Source of the DNA: Flavobacterium sp. | Lineage (GTDB): Bacteria; Bacteroidota; Bacteroidia; Flavobacteriales; Flavobacteriaceae | NCBI RefSeq assembly: GCF_024710485.1 | Contig: NZ_JANJUQ010000015.1 | Coordinates: forward strand, 15,614 to 79,613 | Direction: 5' to 3' | DNA length: 64,000 nt | Part shown: positions 36,401-44,013 of the stretch, piece after piece | Position numbering within the stretch: the first letter of the stretch is position 1 | Layout of the letters: each line of letters begins with the position of its first letter | The notes under the pieces: model-generated | What the model was told of the DNA's origin: nothing | Seen by the model: only the letters and a program-made list of their open reading frames with translations | Databases searched by the model: none | Position numbers and translations under genes: made by a program

Positions 36401-37964
36401 CACGTGCGGTAACTACATCTCCCTCCTGCAACCCAGGAACTGAAAAATTAGCACTTCCGGCAGCAGCTACGGTAGTTGACGTTCTGCTGAATTCTGATCC
36501 ATTAACGTATAGGATTAAATAAGCTACATAGGTTGCATTGTTAGTTACATTGATGGTTTGAGCCGAAGCAGACTGGTAAATTGGATTAGTATTTACTGTA
36601 GGAGTGGTCGTAATTTCACCAATTTGGTTTGTACTTCCACTAGACTTACGGGAAACATTAGAAAGCCCTGAAAAACAATTAGCGCTAACATCAACGGCCT
36701 TGGCGACAAAGTTTGTATTGTTAAAATCCGGAGTTGCCAAACCTGTAACCACTGTCCATGTCCCATTCGCTAAAACAAAAGCATTGGCATGTGAAAAAAG
36801 TGTAATCGTATTTTCGTCTGTTTGTGTGTACAACTGAATTCGAATATTTGATCCGTTTGGCACCGGAGAGGTTCCACTCCAAGTACCCAAAATGTTCGTT
36901 GAGGATCTTGAGGTAATTACTGGTGGCGCTATGTAACATTCCTGTGTAGGGGAAACAATAACAGTATTGGAAATATCCGATAAGGTTTTATTGCTGGCCA
37001 ATGCCTTGGCAGTTATTAAATCACCAGACACCAATCCTGAAACGCCGGTCAATGTCCATGAATTCCCAGTTACTGTTGTAGTTCCAATTGAAACGTCGTT
37101 TTTATAAACTGTTATTACAGTCCCATTAGCCTCTAAACTAGTGCCGGATATCGAGGTGCTAGAGGCAACTATACCTTCATTAACTATAGGCTTGGTAGTT
37201 TTGGTGGTCCATGTATCGGGATTGAAATCTTCTGTCAATGCTGATAAAGGCAAAGGTGGAAAAGTGGTCATCAACACATTCATGATGTTAATTGGGTCTC
37301 CACCATATTGTTGGTCATTAATTCCGTTAAAATCGGAAATGGTCCCTGAAATTCCACTACCTGCAGATGTAACAGTTACCGCAGTTATCCCAACCGGTTG
37401 AGAACCGCTGGAAAGTTGTAAATCTGAATATTGAATAAAGAAATCATAAAAATAATCTGCATCACCACTCACTGTAGATAAAGCTACTGAGCGTTGCACA
37501 TTGGTATTGTTCGGATAAGTTTTTATAGCTACTGGTGCGCCGTTACCGTGAGAATAAACCACAACGGCATCCGGATTTCCGGTTTGTAACACTATTTCTC
37601 TTTCAAAACCGGGGTTTTTGGCATTACTTGGGTATTGGTTACCAAAAACACCATCGGTATCAATTAAAAAAGAGTAGCCTTTTGGAGAAGTTGACGCCTT
37701 CCCTATTCGCATCCTAATGATTACATAATCAACTCCATTAACAGTTTTGAACAACACATAAGCAGATTCTCTCGAATTACTTCCGGAAACTTGGAAACTG
37801 ACAATGTCTGTATGACCTCCGTTAGAACCGGTTACAATATCATTAACGGGCTCTCCAACGATAATTGGCAAAGGCACCATTCTGAGTTCTGAATTTGCGC
37901 CATAATCCGTTCCTGAAAAACCACTGTTAGTCAAGGATATAAACCCATCACCGTTAGGATCCAA
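33474..37964 (-). CDS. giant cell-surface protein with Ig-like repeats and a T9SS type-A C-terminal sorting domain; N-terminal signal peptide separated by an in-frame TAA (possible pseudogene)
   Basis: 1,496 codons. At least 5 divergent repeats of about 90 aa share the pattern GT..G..I.VY.NG...GT..V...G.W.L.......D.I.A.A......S..SN.V.V (aa about 262-725). The C-terminus YLYPNPVNEGMFAIS...VSLYNSLGQEL...SGIYHVVIENDGVRTTKKIIVK is a T9SS CTD. The ORF as called starts at a TTG with no signal peptide. Confidence 0.85.
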   Translation of the reverse strand: MDPNGDGFISLTNSGFSGTDYGANSELRMVPLPIIVGEPVNDIVTGSNGGHTDIVSFQVSGSNSRESAYVLFKTVNGVDYVIIRMRIGKASTSPKGYSFLIDTDGVFGNQYPSNAKNPGFEREIVLQTGNPDAVVVYSHGNGAPVAIKTYPNNTNVQRSVALSTVSGDADYFYDFFIQYSDLQLSSGSQPVGITAVTVTSAGSGISGTISDFNGINDQQYGGDPINIMNVLMTTFPPLPLSALTEDFNPDTWTTKTTKPIVNEGIVASSTSISGTSLEANGTVITVYKNDVSIGTTTVTGNSWTLTGVSGLVSGDLITAKALASNKTLSDISNTVIVSPTQECYIAPPVITSRSSTNILGTWSGTSPVPNGSNIRIQLYTQTDENTITLFSHANAFVLANGTWTVVTGLATPDFNNTNFVAKAVDVSANCFSGLSNVSRKSSGSTNQIGEITTTPTVNTNPIYQSASAQTINVTNNATYVAYLILYVNGSEFSRTSTTVAAAGSANFSVPGLQEGDVVTARAQGTGTTPSYWISNVSNAVVVQLNTPTQSIAPVITGTYTAGSGKTITGTSTEPAGTEIKVYKNGVLLGTTTVTIFGTWQLTNQTLAANDVLIATAKAVGKSVSGNSNSVTVQASAPSPPTVTGSYVVGNTSITGTGGNTLVRIYVDGAPVGTATPSSGNWTLSGLSSSELYRGAVIHATNVVNGIESAISNTVTVAGVVSFCITDENGNPLTDKYSGQPFNIKITAKSASGCGASDFTSFQNNANLSSNKWFDPSGASPNFTNGVLIINNVILGGTGSATINAINQDDPSVTGSATINILNPAIWVGSISTDFNTAGNWLYNYVPGPNADIRFATLALDGVDAIRNCHLDTYRIIGNLDFKNSDFKFNLNGNKLQLRGQITNSNSTSGSWMSNSTSELEVKGYGNTGTLHFATGSEILNLTLNNTSSGALTLASPLSIRGVLNIANGTFTTGNELTFKSDVNKTAIVAPVTGSISGAVIVERYYPARRAFRFVTSSVTTTSTIRANWQEGVNNLSTDYSLNSNPNPGFGTHITGDITADYGFDRTNTTNPSMFTYNYLTNTWTAVPNTNVLTLTAGVPYRMMIRGDRSIDYNTNTPPPTNTTLRATGLLYTGTKTYSFSNIPTGTGYLFIGNPYQSPVDSKKVLRASSGVVTNYFYYWDPRVNTRGAYVTLQHDELDEANDIKSVSQSNVSRYIQPGQAAFVKKAANQTNAAVVFQESFKNTAANATNTPTVFRNSSVVNSSNAFLRLELFESQMYQNQQQALDGLVIKFNTDYTSTVDEQDASKLLNQDEDLACNLEGRYFSILSHNLPIESEEIPLYTNKYRNVNYTFVAKLTNYPGINTYIYDAYTQQYYPLTNGETLINFTVNSTIAETTATNRFKIVFSTAALGTNMFETGAYLYPNPVNEGMFAISTQANNENIKVSLYNSLGQELEISTNKTNSNLLQCKSVTNLQSGIYHVVIENDGVRTTKKIIVK

Positions 37965-37970
37965 AATTGA

Positions 37971-38090
37971 TTATCCTAGGACAGAATTGGCTTGTTTGTA
38001 AATTGTTCCGGGTGTTTGGGAGAATAGTGTACTTACAAAGAGTAAGCAAAAGCAAAAAGCGAGACGAATGCTCTTAAAATGAGTATTCAT
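37971..38090 (-). other. detached Sec signal-peptide segment of the adhesin ORF, closed by an in-frame TAA
   Basis: ATG 38090 gives MNTHFKSIRLAFCFCLLFVSTLFSQTPGTIYKQANSVLG, then TAA (37973-37971). It is in the same frame as 33474..37964; 33474..38090 is 4617 nt, or 1539 codons. Confidence 0.8.
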
Positions 38091-38390
38091 GAGGTTAAAT
38101 TTCGAAATATTGAATTGCAAATTTCTCTTAGAAAAACCTACTACATTTTGAATTTAGTTAAACTAAAGTAAAACCCATATGAAAGGCATAAAAGCGTCGA
38201 TAAGCGGTTTGCATTTCCTATAGTAAATTAACTATAAAACAAAAAAGAATCGACTAATAGACTTACAAAAAAGGCCAAGCAATCAATATAACTAAATGAA
38301 ATACAAAAATTTGAACTAAAAAATTGCAAAGACCGAGCAACATTTGAGTTCAAAAAAACATTTTAAGTAACTTTTGGGATCATAAAGAGC

Positions 38391-38430
38391 ATAAAAACAA
38401 AAACCCTGATAAGGGTTTATCAGGGTTTTG
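38391..38430 (-). terminator. rho-independent terminator of tRNA-Phe
   Basis: AAACCCTGATAA (38401-38412) pairs with TTATCAGGGTTT (38417-38428), a 12-bp stem. On the minus strand it is followed by TTGTTTTTAT. Confidence 0.8.
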
Positions 38431-38433
38431 AAG

Positions 38434-38506
38434 TGGTACCTCCAGGAATCGAACCAGGGACACATGGATTTTCAGTCCATTGCTCTACCAACTGAGCTAA
38501 GGTACC
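38434..38506 (-). tRNA. tRNA-Phe (anticodon GAA)
   Basis: The minus strand reads GGTACCT-TA-GCTC-AGTTGGTA-GAGC-A-ATGGA-CTGAAAA-TCCAT-GTGTC-CCTGG-TTCGATT-CCTGG-AGGTACC-A, 73 nt. It is a full cloverleaf with one U-U pair in the T-stem. CCA is not encoded. Confidence 0.93.
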
Positions 38507-38540
38507 ATTTTTACTTTACATCGAAGTCTAGGCCTTCTCT

Positions 38541-38571
38541 GTTGCGGGTGCAAATATAGAACGATTTTTAA
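38541..38571 (-). promoter_or_regulatory. candidate promoter of tRNA-Phe
   Basis: On the minus strand: TTTG (38571-38568), 19 nt spacer, TATATTTG (38548-38541). It lies 35 nt upstream of the mature tRNA 5' end. Confidence 0.5.
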
Positions 38572-38633
38572 TTTATCCAAAACAAATAATAAAAAAAAAC
38601 TATTCTTACCTTAGCCTAATTAAAAACCATGCC

Positions 38634-39365
38634 ATGCTTTTAGCCATTGATGTTGGGAATACCCGAATTAAAAGCGCTGTCTTTGAACACAATACTCTTT
38701 TAAAAGTGTTTCATATCGAGTACAAAGAAGTGCTGGAAAAAATTAGCTTTATTTTACATGAGTATCCCAAAATTGAACTATTTATTATCTCTTCCGTTGG
38801 GAAATTAGACAAAAACTTCTTCGATTATTTCAAAGAAAGGGTCGCTATTTATGAGATTACACGTCAAAGCCGATTTCCTTTTCAAAATTTGTACAGCACA
38901 CCTGAAACGCTTGGATTAGACCGCATGGTTTTGGCTACCGGAGCAGTTTTGCAATTTCCTAATCAAAATCGTTTGGTTATTGATGCCGGTACTTGCATTA
39001 CTTATGACTTTATTAACGAAGACAACCAATACCTTGGCGGTGCCATTTCTCCCGGAATCCGTTTGCGTTACGAATCGTTACATCGATTCACTGCCAAACT
39101 GCCTTTGTTGGATCAAAAAAATCTGGACAACTACGTTGGAAATTCTACTGCAGAATCCATCCATTCCGGAGTTGTTAACGGTATTCGATATGAAATCGAA
39201 GGCTTTATTGGAGCCTATCAGTCAGATTACGATAAATTTATCATAATTTTAACGGGAGGCGATGCAGATTTTTTGGCTAAACAATTAAAAAATACCATAT
39301 TTGCCAATTCAAATTTCTTACTGGAAAGTTTGAACCAAACATTTCAATACAATCAAAATGATTAA
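38634..39365 (+). CDS. coaX: type III pantothenate kinase
   Basis: MLLAIDVGNTRIK, LGLDRM, VIDAGTCITYD, GGAISPG, LTGGDA. Confidence 0.92.
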   Translation: MLLAIDVGNTRIKSAVFEHNTLLKVFHIEYKEVLEKISFILHEYPKIELFIISSVGKLDKNFFDYFKERVAIYEITRQSRFPFQNLYSTPETLGLDRMVLATGAVLQFPNQNRLVIDAGTCITYDFINEDNQYLGGAISPGIRLRYESLHRFTAKLPLLDQKNLDNYVGNSTAESIHSGVVNGIRYEIEGFIGAYQSDYDKFIIILTGGDADFLAKQLKNTIFANSNFLLESLNQTFQYNQND

Positions 39366-40608
39366 AAAAATTGTAGTAAGCCTGAGCTTACTTTTTTCAT
39401 TGACATCTTTAGCCCAAGAAGGAACTTCTTCACCCTATTCTTTTTACGGAATTGGAGACATAAAGTTCAAAGGCACAGTCGATACTCGTTCTATGGGCGG
39501 CTTAACTGTTTTTCCCGATAGTATTCACTTAAACATTCAAAATCCGGCACATTTTGCCAGTTTAAAACTGACTTCTTTTGCTGTTGGTGGTACTTATGCT
39601 AATACAAAATTCCAATCAGAAACCACCGATGGTAAAGCTCGAAGAACTTCTTTAGATTATTTGGCTGTTGGGATACCTGCCGGTAAGTTCGGGATTGGAT
39701 TCGGATTGATCCCATTTTCTTCCGTTGGTTATAAAATTCAAAGTCTAACCGATGATGCTATCCCAACATTTTCAAGATACACAGGCGTTGGAGGGGTTAA
39801 CAAAGTATTCGCCGGGATAGGCTATAAAATCACCAAGCAAATCAACTTCGGAGCCAATATCCAATATAATTTCGGCAACATAGAAACCAGAAACTTAAGA
39901 TATCTCGAAACGGTACAATACGGCACCCGCGAGAATAACTTCTCAGACTTGAAAGGATTTAATCTTGATTTTGGATTAACCCACCGAACCAAGCTAAATG
40001 AAAAACTCTCGTTATTCAGCAGTATAACTTACAGCCCTGAATCGAAATTAAAGTTGGATAACTCAAGAAATATTGAGCTGATACAATTTTCAGTTAACGG
40101 AAACATCACACCTATCCAAAGAGAAGAGATTGAAGTAGATAATACCGAAATCAAAATTCCTTCGAAATTATCATTTGGAACCGGAATTGGTCAACCCAAA
40201 AAGTGGTTGTTAGGCGGCGAGGTCACGCTAATCAACAATAGTGTAATGAGCAATCGTTTTACCGACATTGACGATGCTGTTTTTGAAAACTCTACCCGAT
40301 ATGTTCTGGGCGGTTATTTCATCCCTAATTATAATTCCTATACAGGATATTTGAAAAAGATAGTTTACCGGGCCGGTTTGCGTTATGAAAATACCGGTTT
40401 GGTACTTCAAAATAAATCCATCACAGATGCCGCTATGAACATAGGTTTCGGCCTACCGTTAAGCGGAACCTTCTCCAATGTTGATATTAACTTCGAATAC
40501 GGTAAACGAGGTACAAAATATTATAACTTAGTAGAAGAAAATTATTTTAACATCAGTGTCGGCTTGTCATTGAGTGATAAATGGTTTGTAAAACGTAAAT
40601 TCGACTAA
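39358..40608 (+). CDS. conserved outer-membrane beta-barrel protein of unknown function (FadL/porin-like)
   Basis: Signal peptide MIKKIVVSLSLLFSLTSLAQ, SPYSFYGIGD, glycine/aromatic alternating strands throughout, terminal KRKFD preceded by an aromatic residue. Its start overlaps the coaX stop by 8 nt (ATGATTAA). Confidence 0.55.
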   Translation: MIKKIVVSLSLLFSLTSLAQEGTSSPYSFYGIGDIKFKGTVDTRSMGGLTVFPDSIHLNIQNPAHFASLKLTSFAVGGTYANTKFQSETTDGKARRTSLDYLAVGIPAGKFGIGFGLIPFSSVGYKIQSLTDDAIPTFSRYTGVGGVNKVFAGIGYKITKQINFGANIQYNFGNIETRNLRYLETVQYGTRENNFSDLKGFNLDFGLTHRTKLNEKLSLFSSITYSPESKLKLDNSRNIELIQFSVNGNITPIQREEIEVDNTEIKIPSKLSFGTGIGQPKKWLLGGEVTLINNSVMSNRFTDIDDAVFENSTRYVLGGYFIPNYNSYTGYLKKIVYRAGLRYENTGLVLQNKSITDAAMNIGFGLPLSGTFSNVDINFEYGKRGTKYYNLVEENYFNISVGLSLSDKWFVKRKFD

Positions 40609-40619
40609 AACTTATTCAT

Positions 40620-41894
40620 ATGAAAGCACTTTTTTGTTTACTAAGTATTTTGGTTTTAACAGTAAGCCAAGCACAAAAATATGATTGTGCGCTAAAAACT
40701 AAAGAATACCAAGAACTCTTAAAAGCCAAAAACTTCACAGGTTCTTACGAGGTTTGGAACGAAGTAATCAAAAAGTGTCCGAAAGATAGTGAAACTTTAT
40801 ACCAAGATGGCTTGACCATATTACAATATAAAATTGATAACGCAGCCAACGCAGAGGAAAAGGAAAAATTAGTCCGTGGAATTTTAACCCTTTACGATCA
40901 ATTTTACACAAACTTCCCAAAAGCAATACCTTACTACGAAGTTAGTAAAGCGATGACTTTACACCATAACCAAATCGGCACTAAAAATGAAATTTTAGCA
41001 CTATTAGAAAGCGGTTTTGCTAAAGCCGCTAAAGAGGTTAAAGATGCCAATGCTATCTATACCTTTTTCAGTTTGTGCCACGAAAAATACAATGCCGGTG
41101 AATCTCAATACAACGCCGATTCAACCTTGGACAAATACGTATTAGTCAATGCATTATTAACCGACCTCCAAAATTCTGAAACACAAAACACCAATGATTA
41201 TAAAACAGCTCAACGCGGCATCAATGCCTTGGCAAAAGACTTGGTAACCTGTGACAATTTAGAATCCTATTTTCAAAAAAAATTTAACATCAACAAAGAA
41301 AATGAAGCCTGGCTTATTACAGCACTAACCAACATGGCCGCTAAATGCAGTGCCAAACCGGTTTTCAGCTCTATGGCAGAGAAACTATACAGTTTAAAAG
41401 CCTCCTCAAAATCCGCCTACTTTATGGCGTTAGCTACTTTAAAGCAAAGAAAATTTGAAGAATCTGTAACATATTACAACCAAGCCGCTGATTTAGAAAC
41501 CAACCCACAGGAAAAAGCCAAAATTTACTTTACTCTTGGCACCGGTTTGTTGGCTAATGATATGGCTAAATCCAAAGAAACCCTGAACAAAGCCTTACAG
41601 TTTGACCCGAAAATGGGAAGAGCTTATTTGTTCATTGCCCAACTTTATTCTTACAGCGCTGAGGAATGTGGCAAAACCGATTTTGAAAAGAAAGCTGTGT
41701 TCACGTTAGCGGCTCAAACAGCCCAAAAAGCAGCAATCGCGGATCCAAAACTAAAAGCAGCTGCCGATAAAATGGCGGAAGATTTTGCACCACAAGCATT
41801 AACAGCCTCCGAAATCAGCAAAGAAAAAATGAATGGTAAAACATTGACCATCGGGTGTTGGATTAACGAAACCATCACTTTTCCCGTTAAGTAA
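40620..41894 (+). CDS. secreted all-helical TPR-like repeat protein
   Basis: Signal peptide MKALFCLLSILVLTVSQAQ. The helical repeat composition includes TPR-like segments (YYNQAADLETNPQEKAKIYFTLGTGL..., LNKALQFDPKMGRAYLFIAQLY). Confidence 0.6.
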   Translation: MKALFCLLSILVLTVSQAQKYDCALKTKEYQELLKAKNFTGSYEVWNEVIKKCPKDSETLYQDGLTILQYKIDNAANAEEKEKLVRGILTLYDQFYTNFPKAIPYYEVSKAMTLHHNQIGTKNEILALLESGFAKAAKEVKDANAIYTFFSLCHEKYNAGESQYNADSTLDKYVLVNALLTDLQNSETQNTNDYKTAQRGINALAKDLVTCDNLESYFQKKFNINKENEAWLITALTNMAAKCSAKPVFSSMAEKLYSLKASSKSAYFMALATLKQRKFEESVTYYNQAADLETNPQEKAKIYFTLGTGLLANDMAKSKETLNKALQFDPKMGRAYLFIAQLYSYSAEECGKTDFEKKAVFTLAAQTAQKAAIADPKLKAAADKMAEDFAPQALTASEISKEKMNGKTLTIGCWINETITFPVK

Positions 41895-42442
41895 TGAATC
41901 GATTCCTTAGAAATAGCACACCACTTTTTGCAGTCATTTTTTGCCTTACCATTGCTTCGTGTGAAAGTAATTTTAAAGACGTACAAAAAATGGGCGTATC
42001 CGAATTTACTCCAAGCGGCGATGCTGATTCTATCAACTTAAAGTATACTGATTCCGGCAGAATCACGGCCAACTTAATCAGCCCGAAAATGCTGGATTAT
42101 GCCACTGTGGAATTTCCTTTTACGGAATTTCCAAACGGCATGCACCTGACACTTTTCGACAAAAACGGCAAGGAAACTTATATCGACGCGAAATACGCCA
42201 TTTCACATAAAACCACGAACATCATCGATTTGCAAGGCGATGTGAAAATTTCCAATCAAAACGGAGAAGTTTTAGAAACCGAGCAATTGTATTACGATCA
42301 AAAAAACGAATGGTTTTTTACCGAAAAAAAGTTTAAATTTACTTCTCCAAAAGGCGTTTCTTACGGCGAAGGAATCGATTTCAGTAAAGACTTTAAAAAA
42401 GTAAACTCACAAAAAATATCAGGACAAGTCCAATCAGAATAA
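41894..42442 (+). CDS. lptC: LPS export periplasmic protein LptC
   Basis: 182 aa. N-terminal anchor/lipobox (FAVIFCLTIASC), then a beta-jellyroll-like pattern (LKYTDSGRITANLISPKML..., GDVKISNQNGEVLETEQLYYDQK). Its start overlaps the previous stop (TAATG). Confidence 0.65.
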   Translation: MNRFLRNSTPLFAVIFCLTIASCESNFKDVQKMGVSEFTPSGDADSINLKYTDSGRITANLISPKMLDYATVEFPFTEFPNGMHLTLFDKNGKETYIDAKYAISHKTTNIIDLQGDVKISNQNGEVLETEQLYYDQKNEWFFTEKKFKFTSPKGVSYGEGIDFSKDFKKVNSQKISGQVQSE

Positions 42443-42444
42443 CT

Positions 42445-42642
42445 ATGAATTATTTAAAATTTACACAATACGCTTACTTAATCGCTGCCGGTTTGTTTGC
42501 CTTTGAAGCCTTTACCCAATACCAAGCCGGAGAAAACGGCAAAGCCGGAATGATGGGGCTTTTCACCTTTGTGGGGCTTTTCATGTTTTTCTTCCGAAGA
42601 AACTACGCTAAGAAATTTGCCGAACGCAACAAAAAACCATAG
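42445..42642 (+). CDS. 65-aa two-TM membrane protein
   Basis: Two hydrophobic helices and a basic tail (RRNYAKKFAERNKKP). It is wedged 2 nt after lptC and 3 nt before the next gene. Confidence 0.55.
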   Translation: MNYLKFTQYAYLIAAGLFAFEAFTQYQAGENGKAGMMGLFTFVGLFMFFFRRNYAKKFAERNKKP

Positions 42643-42645
42643 CCT

Positions 42646-43905
42646 ATGGAGGTCGGAATCATTGTTGTCTGTTTGATCCTTTCCGCCTTTTTTTCCGGCA
42701 TGGAAATCGCTTTTGTTTCCGCCAATAAAATTTATCTGGAAATTGAAAAAAAGCAAGACGACTTTATTTCCAAAACCCTAACCAAACTGACAGAGAAACC
42801 TTCAAAGTTTATCGCTACCATGCTGGTAGGCAATAATATTGCTTTGGTTATTTACGGTTTTTTTACCGGCGATTTACTAATGCAATGGTTTAAAAACACC
42901 GGATTAGAACTCACCGATTTATCCAATTTACTGCTTCAAACTTTGGTATCGACGGTCATAGTATTGATGACCTCCGAATTCCTGCCGAAAGTTTTCTTTC
43001 AAATCTACGCCAACAGCTTACTGAAGTTTTTTGCAATTCCGGCCTATTTTTTCTACCGGCTGTTTTATTACATATCGTCATTTATCATTTGGATATCCGA
43101 TTTTATCTTGAAGCGCTTTTTTAAAACCGAAGGTGATCAAATTACCCTATCTTTCAGCAAAGTCGAACTGGGCAATTACATTACCGAACAAATGAATGCG
43201 GTAGACGACCATGAAACGGTAGATTCCGAAATCCAAATTTTCCAAAACGCCTTGGAGTTTTCGGGAGTAAAAGCACGAGATATCATGACGCCTCGAACCG
43301 AATTAGTAGCGGTTGATTTGTACAGTTCTGTAGCCGATTTAAGGCAGCTTTTTATTGAAACCGGCTATTCTAAAATCTTGGTTTATCTGAATACCTTAGA
43401 TGATATTGTAGGCTATGTTCATTCTTTTGAACTTTTTAAAAAACCGAGAAGTATCAAATCGATTATGATTCCTGTTGAGTTTGTACCCGAAACCATTTTC
43501 ATCAAAGACGTCATGAATTTGCTGACCAAAAAGCGAAAAAGTGTCGCTGTCGTTTTAGACGAATACGGTGGAACTTCCGGTATCATTACCATTGAAGACA
43601 TTGTGGAAGAACTATTCGGGGAAATTGAAGACGAACACGATTCGGATGAAGCCTTAACCGAAGAACAGCTCAATCAAAACACTTACTTATTTTCAACCAG
43701 ACTCGACGTGGCTTATCTCAACGAAACCTACAAACTTAACATCCCCGAAAGTGATTCTTACGGTACTTTAGGTGGTTTTATCGTTGACTTTTCTAAAGAA
43801 ATTCCGCAAAAAGGAGAACAAATTACCATCGAAAATTTCCAATTTACCATTGAAGAAGCTACAAACAAAAAAATTGAATTGGTAAAATTGGCGGTATTAG
43901 ATTAA
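42646..43905 (+). CDS. CNNM/CorC-type (hemolysin-family) membrane protein: DUF21, CBS pair and CorC_HlyC domains
   Basis: 419 aa. N-terminal 4-TM DUF21 (FFSGMEIAFVSAN), a CBS pair (ARDIMTPRTELVAV..., VAVVLDEYGGTSGIITIEDIVEELFGEIEDEHD), and a C-terminal transporter-associated domain. Confidence 0.85.
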   Translation: MEVGIIVVCLILSAFFSGMEIAFVSANKIYLEIEKKQDDFISKTLTKLTEKPSKFIATMLVGNNIALVIYGFFTGDLLMQWFKNTGLELTDLSNLLLQTLVSTVIVLMTSEFLPKVFFQIYANSLLKFFAIPAYFFYRLFYYISSFIIWISDFILKRFFKTEGDQITLSFSKVELGNYITEQMNAVDDHETVDSEIQIFQNALEFSGVKARDIMTPRTELVAVDLYSSVADLRQLFIETGYSKILVYLNTLDDIVGYVHSFELFKKPRSIKSIMIPVEFVPETIFIKDVMNLLTKKRKSVAVVLDEYGGTSGIITIEDIVEELFGEIEDEHDSDEALTEEQLNQNTYLFSTRLDVAYLNETYKLNIPESDSYGTLGGFIVDFSKEIPQKGEQITIENFQFTIEEATNKKIELVKLAVLD

Positions 43906-44013
43906 TTTCTGTAAAAAAAATAAAAAATAGTTGAAATTATAACTAGGTGATTGTTATTATTTCACAGATAATTGTATTTTCGCAAACTGAAATAAAAATT
44001 AACAACAATAAAA

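Noticed and set aside
37951-37980. AvrII (CCTAGG, 37975-37980) and BamHI (GGATCC, 37957-37962) sites flank the in-frame TAA, which could hint at an engineered scar.
   Set aside because: Both hexamers fall naturally within sensible codons (V-L-G and L-D-P of a DPNGDG motif). There is no vector-like sequence, linker or marker, and such sites occur by chance at this frequency. There is no support for engineering.
33100-38506. A classical integrase-mediated genomic island inserted in tRNA-Phe.
   Set aside because: There is no integrase, excisionase, transposase or mobility gene in the segment. There is also no duplicated copy of the tRNA 3' end: the repeat involves the terminator downstream of the tRNA, not the tRNA itself. 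I retained only the weaker observation of duplicated terminator sequence as a finding.
38434-38506. Possible pseudo-tRNA, because the T-stem has a U-U mismatch (CCUGG / CCUGG) and CCA is not encoded.
   Set aside because: The acceptor, D and anticodon stems are perfect. The invariant elements are present (GTTCGATT T-loop, AGTTGGTA D-loop, U33, A37). The gene has its own consensus promoter and terminator. Lack of an encoded CCA is common. I treat it as a functional tRNA-Phe.
42646-43905. Calling the DUF21-CBS-CorC protein the gliding-motility gene gldE.
   Set aside because: GldE belongs to this family, but as I recall it is defined by adjacency to gldD (and ssb), which is absent here. Flavobacteria carry paralogues, so the generic family call is safer.
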